Of a stretch of 64,000 nt of DNA, positions 58,784-64,000 are shown piece by piece. This DNA is from Candidatus Omnitrophota bacterium (lineage in GTDB: Bacteria > Omnitrophota > Gorgyraeia > Gygaellales > Profunditerraquicolaceae), in NCBI GenBank assembly GCA_028710685.1, contig JAQTTQ010000002.1, forward strand, positions 33,416 to 97,415, given 5' to 3'. Both the position numbers and the translations under genes were made by a program. Each line of letters opens with the position of its first letter. Within the stretch, counting starts at the first letter, position 1. Below the pieces are notes generated by a model. That model saw only the letters and a list, made by a program, of their open reading frames with translations. It did no database searches and was not told the origin of the DNA.

Positions 58784-59871
58784 TAAAAAGCCCTGGATAT
58801 TATATGAATTTAGCTATGCGGCTTGCCTTAAAGGGAAGGGGTAAGACTTATCCTAACCCTATGGTTGGCGCATTAGTCGTAAATAAGGGCAGGATTGTTG
58901 GAAGAGGCTTCCATGCGAAAGCAGGCCTGCCTCATGCGGAGATTGTGGCTTTGGATGAGGCCGGAAGTTATGCAAAGGGGGCTACGCTTTATGTTACCTT
59001 AGAGCCGTGTGCCCATTTTGGGCTTACCCCTCCCTGCGTAAACAGGATTATAGAAAGCCGTATTAGAGAGGTAGTTGTGGGAATGGTTGATCCTAATCCT
59101 ATCAATAACGGTAAGGGTATTGCAATATTAAGGCAGTTTGGGATTAGGGTTAAGGTGGGTTTCTTAGAAGATAAACTAAGGCGGATGAATGAAGTCTTTG
59201 TGAAATATATAACTAAGAGGCTTCCTTTTGTAACGGTTAAGGTTGCCCAGTCATTAGACGGCAGGATTGCTACCAGGACAGGAAATTCCAAGTGGATTAC
59301 CTCTGACAGTTCGCGTTCCTTTGCCCACCGTATACGCGAGGATTTTGATGCCGTTATGGTGGGGGTCAATACGGTTTTGCGCGATAACCCTAAACTTAGT
59401 TCATGGTTTTCAAAAAAGCAGCCGGTAAAGATTATAGTAGATAGCCAATTAAGTACCCCTGAAGATTCAAATATTTTCTCTAAAGGTTCTTCGGTTATAA
59501 TCGTTACCTTACCCGTTAAGCCCGGTCTGGAGACGGATAACAGAAAGATAATTGAGCAGAAGGCCCGTATTCTAGAGGTCAAGGAGAAAGACGGTCAGAT
59601 AAACCTTAAGGATATGTTTAAGAAACTGTTAAAGGAAGGTATCTTTAATGTTCTAGTTGAGGGTGGCGGTACTTTAAACGGCTCGCTATTTGATGACGCA
59701 TTAGTGGATAAGGTGATGTTTTTTATTTCTCCGAAGATTATCGGGGGCAAAGATGCAATCAGCTCGGTGATGGGGCAGGGGGTTGTGCGCGTTGAGCGGT
59801 CTATAAAATTAAAAGAATTAAAATTAAGTCGGTTCGGGGAAGATTTTTTGATTGAAGGATATGTTAAATAG
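58780..59871 (+). CDS. ribD: Bifunctional diaminohydroxyphosphoribosylaminopyrimidine deaminase / 5-amino-6-(5-phosphoribosylamino)uracil reductase
   Basis: CMP/dCMP deaminase zinc motifs (HAEIVAL, LEPCAHFG) and a C-terminal RibD reductase domain. Confidence 0.9.
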   Translation: MIKSPGYYMNLAMRLALKGRGKTYPNPMVGALVVNKGRIVGRGFHAKAGLPHAEIVALDEAGSYAKGATLYVTLEPCAHFGLTPPCVNRIIESRIREVVVGMVDPNPINNGKGIAILRQFGIRVKVGFLEDKLRRMNEVFVKYITKRLPFVTVKVAQSLDGRIATRTGNSKWITSDSSRSFAHRIREDFDAVMVGVNTVLRDNPKLSSWFSKKQPVKIIVDSQLSTPEDSNIFSKGSSVIIVTLPVKPGLETDNRKIIEQKARILEVKEKDGQINLKDMFKKLLKEGIFNVLVEGGGTLNGSLFDDALVDKVMFFISPKIIGGKDAISSVMGQGVVRVERSIKLKELKLSRFGEDFLIEGYVK

Positions 59872-59893
59872 TTATCTCCTTTAAAATTAAACC

Positions 59894-60484
59894 ATGTTTT
59901 CAGGCATAGTTGAAGAATTAGGGATAGTAAAAAGGATATCGCCTACGGGTAATGTCACCCTTCTTGAAATTTCCGTTATTAAAGTCTTGGAGGGTTTAAA
60001 GATAGGCGATAGCATCTTGGTAAACGGGGTTTGTCTTACGGCGGTTAAGGTTAGTAAAGACCGGGTAAGCTTTGAGGCAGTACCTAATACGCTTAAGGTT
60101 ACAAATCTTAGGTATTTAAGGATCGGCGAGAAGGTTAATCTTGAGCGCAGCCTGAAGGTCGGCGAAAGGATATCGGGGCATTTTGTTTCGGGCCATATTG
60201 ATTGTATAGGGATTATCCGAAGAAAGAGCATCCTTTGCGGTAATTTAGTTTTTGAAATATCCATACCGCCGCAGTATATTAAATATTGCCTTTCTAAAGG
60301 TTCAGTTGCCGTTGACGGCATAAGCTTAACCATACAGGAAATTAAGTCTAATTCGCTCAATGTTTATGTAATTCCTCATACCCTTAAAGAGACAACCTTA
60401 AGTTTTAAGGGGCCTTCAAGCAGGGTTAATGTCGAATTCGATATGTTGGCTAAAGGCCGGGCCGCATCTTATGTTAACTTCTAA
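59894..60484 (+). CDS. ribE: Riboflavin synthase alpha subunit
   Basis: MFSGIVEELG.. and the duplicated lumazine-binding domain. Confidence 0.85.
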   Translation: MFSGIVEELGIVKRISPTGNVTLLEISVIKVLEGLKIGDSILVNGVCLTAVKVSKDRVSFEAVPNTLKVTNLRYLRIGEKVNLERSLKVGERISGHFVSGHIDCIGIIRRKSILCGNLVFEISIPPQYIKYCLSKGSVAVDGISLTIQEIKSNSLNVYVIPHTLKETTLSFKGPSSRVNVEFDMLAKGRAASYVNF

Positions 60485-60522
60485 TTATTGCCAACCGCAG
60501 TAAATTCTGATATACTAAATTT

Positions 60523-61218
60523 ATGAAATTAGGAGAAAAGGATAAATCAAGAGAGTTGAGGCTGCAGGGATATTCAATGAAACAAATAGCAGGCTTATTA
60601 GGTGTATCTAAGGGCTCTGTGAGCAACTGGGTAAGAGATATACCCTTACCCCTTGAAGCAGCGATTAATATCGACAATCAATACTTAATTGGCAGGGAGA
60701 AGGCGCGGGTAACCAGGCTTAACAATATCACTTCTAGGAATAATGAAATATTTCGCATATGCAAAGAAGAGATAGTGCCATTTTCGATAAGAGATCTTTG
60801 GATGGCAGGGTTAATGATTTACGCGGGTGAAGGAAATAAATCTTCCGTTGTGTCGAATCAACATGTTGAAGTTGCTAATTCTGACCCTAACATTCTTAGG
60901 ATTTTTATTAAATTTCTTGTGGAAATTTGTCTTATTTCAAAAGGAAATATTATAATCCGTTTGATTTTATATAAGGATATCAATATAGAAGAGGCGTATA
61001 GATATTGGTCAGCAGAACTTAATATACCCCGGGCGCAATTCCGTAAAGAATTTATAAAACCGAGCTACAAAGATTCTCCATACCGACATCTTCGTCGTTC
61101 CTGCTATGGTACGGCTCACGTATGTTTATACGATATAAAAATCTATCGTAGAATAATGGGTTGGTTAAAAGCTGTATATGAGAATTTAATATTAGATGAA
61201 TTGATTATCGGGAAGTAG
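60523..61218 (+). CDS. HTH-domain plus LAGLIDADG-fold (homing-endonuclease-like) protein; AT-rich and probably mobile
   Basis: N-terminal HTH (LRLQGYSMKQIAGLLGVSKGSVSNWV), then DLWMAGLMIYAGEGNKSS (LAGLIDADG-type helix with GEG) and ..ANSDPNILRIFIKFL..KGNIII. Own TTGCCA-17-TATACT promoter 6 nt before the ATG. The stop codon lies inside tRNA-Pro. Confidence 0.55.
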   Translation: MKLGEKDKSRELRLQGYSMKQIAGLLGVSKGSVSNWVRDIPLPLEAAINIDNQYLIGREKARVTRLNNITSRNNEIFRICKEEIVPFSIRDLWMAGLMIYAGEGNKSSVVSNQHVEVANSDPNILRIFIKFLVEICLISKGNIIIRLILYKDINIEEAYRYWSAELNIPRAQFRKEFIKPSYKDSPYRHLRRSCYGTAHVCLYDIKIYRRIMGWLKAVYENLILDELIIGK

Positions 61219-61286
61219 CGTAGTTTGGCTAGCGCGCGACGTTCGGGACGTCGAGGTCGTGGGTTCGAATCCCACCTTCCCGACCA
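61209..61286 (+). tRNA. tRNA-Pro (anticodon CGG), CCA encoded
   Basis: Cloverleaf folded by hand: acceptor CGGGAAG/CTTCCCG, D-arm GCGT/GCGC, anticodon stem CGACG/CGTCG with loop TTCGGGA, T-arm GTGGG-TTCGAAT-CCCAC, discriminator A, then CCA. Confidence 0.85.
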
Positions 61287-61300
61287 AATATTAAGTCTGC

Positions 61301-61573
61301 ATGAGAAAATTATTGCATGTCTTTTATTCAGGAACTGTGCAGGGAGTAGGTTTTCGTTTTACTGCAGAGGCAATTGCTGTAAGGCTTAAGGTGTCTGGTT
61401 GGGTGAAGAATTTAAGCGATGGCAGGGTAGAAATTAACGCCGAAGCGCAGGAAGAGAGTTTAAAAGATTTTCTAGACCAGATTAATAGCGCATTTAACCG
61501 CCATATTCAGGATGTGGAGGTGAACTGGGGTCCTGCTAAAGGCGAGTTTAAAGATTTCAGAATAAGGTTTTAA
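61301..61573 (+). CDS. acyP: Acylphosphatase
   Basis: 90 aa with the VQGVGFR signature. Confidence 0.85.
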   Translation: MRKLLHVFYSGTVQGVGFRFTAEAIAVRLKVSGWVKNLSDGRVEINAEAQEESLKDFLDQINSAFNRHIQDVEVNWGPAKGEFKDFRIRF

Positions 61574-63565
61574 ATGCAGGATATAGAGAAAACCATAAAC
61601 GCCTTAAGAGAAGAAATACGCCGCCACGATTACCTTTATTATATTTTAAGCCAGCCCAAGATCTCTGATAAAGAATATGATAATCTTATTTTAAAGCTAA
61701 AAAAGCTGGAATCGGATAACCCGAAGTTTCACTCTGATGATTCTCCCACTATGCGAGTTGCCAAGGTTATTCAGGAGGGTTTTAATACTGTCAGGCATAA
61801 GGATAAGATGCTCTCCCTGGAGAATACCTATTCTTTTGATGAATTGATGGAATGGGATGCGCGCGTTCGCAAGGGGTTGGATAAAAATGAAAAGGTGGAA
61901 TATGTTGTTGAGCTTAAGATAGACGGGGTTAGTGCCAATCTTACCTATCGAAACGGCAGTTTAGCGGTTGGGGCTACAAGAGGTGACGGTGAGGAAGGAG
62001 AAGATGTAACCGAGAATTTACGGGCTGTGCGGGCTATCCCCTTAAGGCTTCTGGGTGAGGATCCCCCTGGGTTGATTGAGATTCGCGGCGAAGTTTATAT
62101 GGATAGAAATGAATTTATTAAATTAAATCGGGAGAGAGAAGATGAAGGGGAGGTTATTTTTGCCAATCCGCGTAATGCTGCCAGCGGTTCCCTGAAGCTT
62201 CTTGACCCCAACCTTACCTACAGACGCAGGCTTGATTTTTTTGCTCATTCCCTTGGTCAGGTTGAGGGCCAGGGCTTTCCCTCCCACTGGGATTTCTTGC
62301 AGAAATTAAAAGATTGGGGTATCCGCGTAAATGCACACTCTAAACTCTGTAAAGGGTTAGAGGAGGTAATGAGCTATTGCCGGATGTGGCAGGATAAACG
62401 CGACGGGCTTACCTATGATATAGACGGGGTGGTTATAAAGGTTAATAATATTTTTCAAGAGAAAAGGTTAGGTGCTACCTTGAAAAGCCCTCGTTGGGCC
62501 GTAGCTTATAAATTCCCTGCCCGCCAGGCTACTACTGAGGTTTTAGGTATAAATGTAGATATAGGCAGGACCGGGGTGATAACTCCTACTGCAGAGTTAA
62601 GGCCGGTTGAATGCGCGGGAGTAATCATACGCCATGCAACTTTGCATAATTTCGACGAAATAAAGCGTTTAAACTTGAGAGTTAATGACCGTGTATTAAT
62701 TGAGCGCGCAGGGGATGTTATCCCAAAGGTTGTAAAGGTGGTAGAGCATTTAGGCTCTAAGGAGTTTGAGATTCCCAAAAGCTGCCCGGCTTGTTCAGGC
62801 TCCATAGTTAAGGAAAAAGAGGAGGATGTGGCCTATCGCTGCATAAATCCCTCTTGCCCTGCGCAGCTTGAAAGAAGGCTTTTCCATTTTGCTTGCCGTG
62901 GGGCAATGGATATTGAGGGGTTGGGTGAGTCTGCTATTACCCAGTTGGTAAAATTAAAGTTGGTAAATAATTTTCTTGATCTTTATAAATTAACCCGCGC
63001 AGATTTAGAGAAGCTGGATTTATTTAAAGAAAAAAAAATCCGTAATCTGCTCGATGCAATTAAGAAGAGTAAGTCCCGTTCTTTGGCCCAGCTTATTTTT
63101 TCTTTGGGAATCCGTCATGTAGGTGAAAAGGCAGCCTTTGTTTTGGCCAAAGAATTTAAATCTTTGGATAAGCTTTTAAAGGCGAAGAAGGATGATTTAG
63201 AGATTATACCTGAAATAGGCCCGGTGATAGCTGAGTCAGCCGTAAATTATTTTGCCCAGAAACAGACCCGGGATATGATTAAGGGTTTGAAAAAAGCAGG
63301 CTTAAGGTTTAAGGAAGAGGGCTTGCCTTTAAGTAAAGGCCCCTTGAATGGAAAGTCAGTTGTTTTTACCGGAGAGCTTTCTAGCTACAGTCGGCATGAA
63401 GCCGAGGCTTTAGTACGTAAATTAGGAGGGGTTTCTTCTTCTTCGGTTAGCAGGAGTACTGATTATCTGGTAGCAGGGAATAAACCCGGAAGTAAGTACG
63501 ATAAGGCAAGAAAGTTAGGCGTAAAAATTATTAATGAAAATGTCTTTAAGGAGATGCTTAAATGA
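61574..63565 (+). CDS. ligA: NAD-dependent DNA ligase
   Basis: Adenylation motif KIDGVS, an OB domain, a Cys4 zinc finger (CPACSGS..C..C), HhH and C-terminal BRCT domains. Confidence 0.9.
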   Translation: MQDIEKTINALREEIRRHDYLYYILSQPKISDKEYDNLILKLKKLESDNPKFHSDDSPTMRVAKVIQEGFNTVRHKDKMLSLENTYSFDELMEWDARVRKGLDKNEKVEYVVELKIDGVSANLTYRNGSLAVGATRGDGEEGEDVTENLRAVRAIPLRLLGEDPPGLIEIRGEVYMDRNEFIKLNREREDEGEVIFANPRNAASGSLKLLDPNLTYRRRLDFFAHSLGQVEGQGFPSHWDFLQKLKDWGIRVNAHSKLCKGLEEVMSYCRMWQDKRDGLTYDIDGVVIKVNNIFQEKRLGATLKSPRWAVAYKFPARQATTEVLGINVDIGRTGVITPTAELRPVECAGVIIRHATLHNFDEIKRLNLRVNDRVLIERAGDVIPKVVKVVEHLGSKEFEIPKSCPACSGSIVKEKEEDVAYRCINPSCPAQLERRLFHFACRGAMDIEGLGESAITQLVKLKLVNNFLDLYKLTRADLEKLDLFKEKKIRNLLDAIKKSKSRSLAQLIFSLGIRHVGEKAAFVLAKEFKSLDKLLKAKKDDLEIIPEIGPVIAESAVNYFAQKQTRDMIKGLKKAGLRFKEEGLPLSKGPLNGKSVVFTGELSSYSRHEAEALVRKLGGVSSSSVSRSTDYLVAGNKPGSKYDKARKLGVKIINENVFKEMLK

Positions 63566-64000
63566 AAAGAATGATGAAGTGCCAGGTTTTTATCTTGTTG
63601 CTTATATTTTTAGTTAATTTAACCGGCTGCGAGGCATTTGTGCGGAAGTTTACCAGGAAATCAAAAAAAGATAAAGCCCCTGAGGAGATGGTTTTAGTTC
63701 CCGAAGAATGGACCGGGCCAAAAATGAGTAAAGAAGAGATCTACAGGCGTTACTATAATTTCTGGCAATCTTGGCAGGAGGAGTTAATCAATGTCCTTAC
63801 GCAAAAGGCATCCCTGAAGAAGAGGGTTGATTGTGCGCAGCAGTCAATCAAGAATTTATCGGGAATGCGCTCTATGCTAAATGTAACTAAACAAAAGCAG
63901 CTGGATGTTTATTTAAACCTGATGAATGATTTGCTGATTTCAATTAAGGCTGATATTTACGGGACGGCTAACAGCTCCAACCGCCAGAAGGCCGAGAGGG
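63562..64000 (+). CDS. Hypothetical lipoprotein; 3' end lies outside the window
   Basis: ATGA junction with ligA. MKRMMKCQVFILLLIFLVNLTGC.. has a signal peptide and lipobox. The frame is open to the window end. Confidence 0.5.
   Translation, partial: MKRMMKCQVFILLLIFLVNLTGCEAFVRKFTRKSKKDKAPEEMVLVPEEWTGPKMSKEEIYRRYYNFWQSWQEELINVLTQKASLKKRVDCAQQSIKNLSGMRSMLNVTKQKQLDVYLNLMNDLLISIKADIYGTANSSNRQKAER

Noticed and set aside
59887-60360. 157-aa minus-strand ORF
   Set aside because: It is antisense to ribE, whose family assignment is clear. No independent signals.

Overview
This is a 64 kb, gene-dense bacterial chromosomal window of moderate-to-low GC. Nearly every gene is on the + strand, and most are packed into long, translationally coupled superoperons in which neighbouring genes share ATGA/TAATG junctions or overlap by 4-30 nt. 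Content is mostly housekeeping and the order is: rseP(3' part)-ispG-cpaF-like ATPase-proS-rimP-nusA-infB-trpS-scpA-ruvB-queH-[GHL10 lipoprotein]-queA-tgt-trmD-rplS-rnhB-yraN-[FTCD_C cyclohydrolase-like]-folD-metF-[degenerate flavoprotein-like]-[AcsB-like]-TPR protein-polA-glgA-coaE-rho-rpmE-prfA-prmC-murA-trpGDCFBA-M16 peptidase-CNNM transporter-small Zn-ribbon protein-rsfS-argS-recJ-(rpmB, minus)-UvrD/Cas4-like helicase-nuclease-HicB-like-small ORF-rpsO-pnp-ftsK-rodZ-like-rimO-pgsA-pgpA-(thpR, cinA-C on minus)-FMN riboswitch-ribBA-ribH-nusB-PHP phosphoesterase-ribD-ribE-[HTH-LAGLIDADG protein]-tRNA-Pro(CGG)-acyP-ligA-lipoprotein(5' part). All calls rest on motif and family recognition read from the translations; no database search was possible. 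The most unusual region is 16.7-22.0 kb, a coupled C1/tetrahydrofolate operon (FchA-like, FolD, MetF) ending in a full-length acetyl-CoA synthase (AcsB/CdhC) homolog. That homolog keeps the four [4Fe-4S] cysteines of the A-cluster but has Ser-Gly-Tyr where canonical enzymes have the nickel-binding Cys-Gly-Cys. It is preceded by a NirB/NADH-oxidase-like protein in which both dinucleotide-binding glycine motifs are replaced by Ser-rich loops. Other items worth follow-up are a TrpH/YciV-type PHP phosphoesterase embedded in the FMN-riboswitch-controlled rib operon, a secreted GHL10 TIM-barrel lipoprotein inserted inside the queuosine operon, an AT-rich promoter-carrying HTH-LAGLIDADG gene whose stop overlaps tRNA-Pro, and a ProRS whose editing (INS) domain is replaced by a Cys4 zinc ribbon. 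No CRISPR array, rRNA or obvious transposon was seen.
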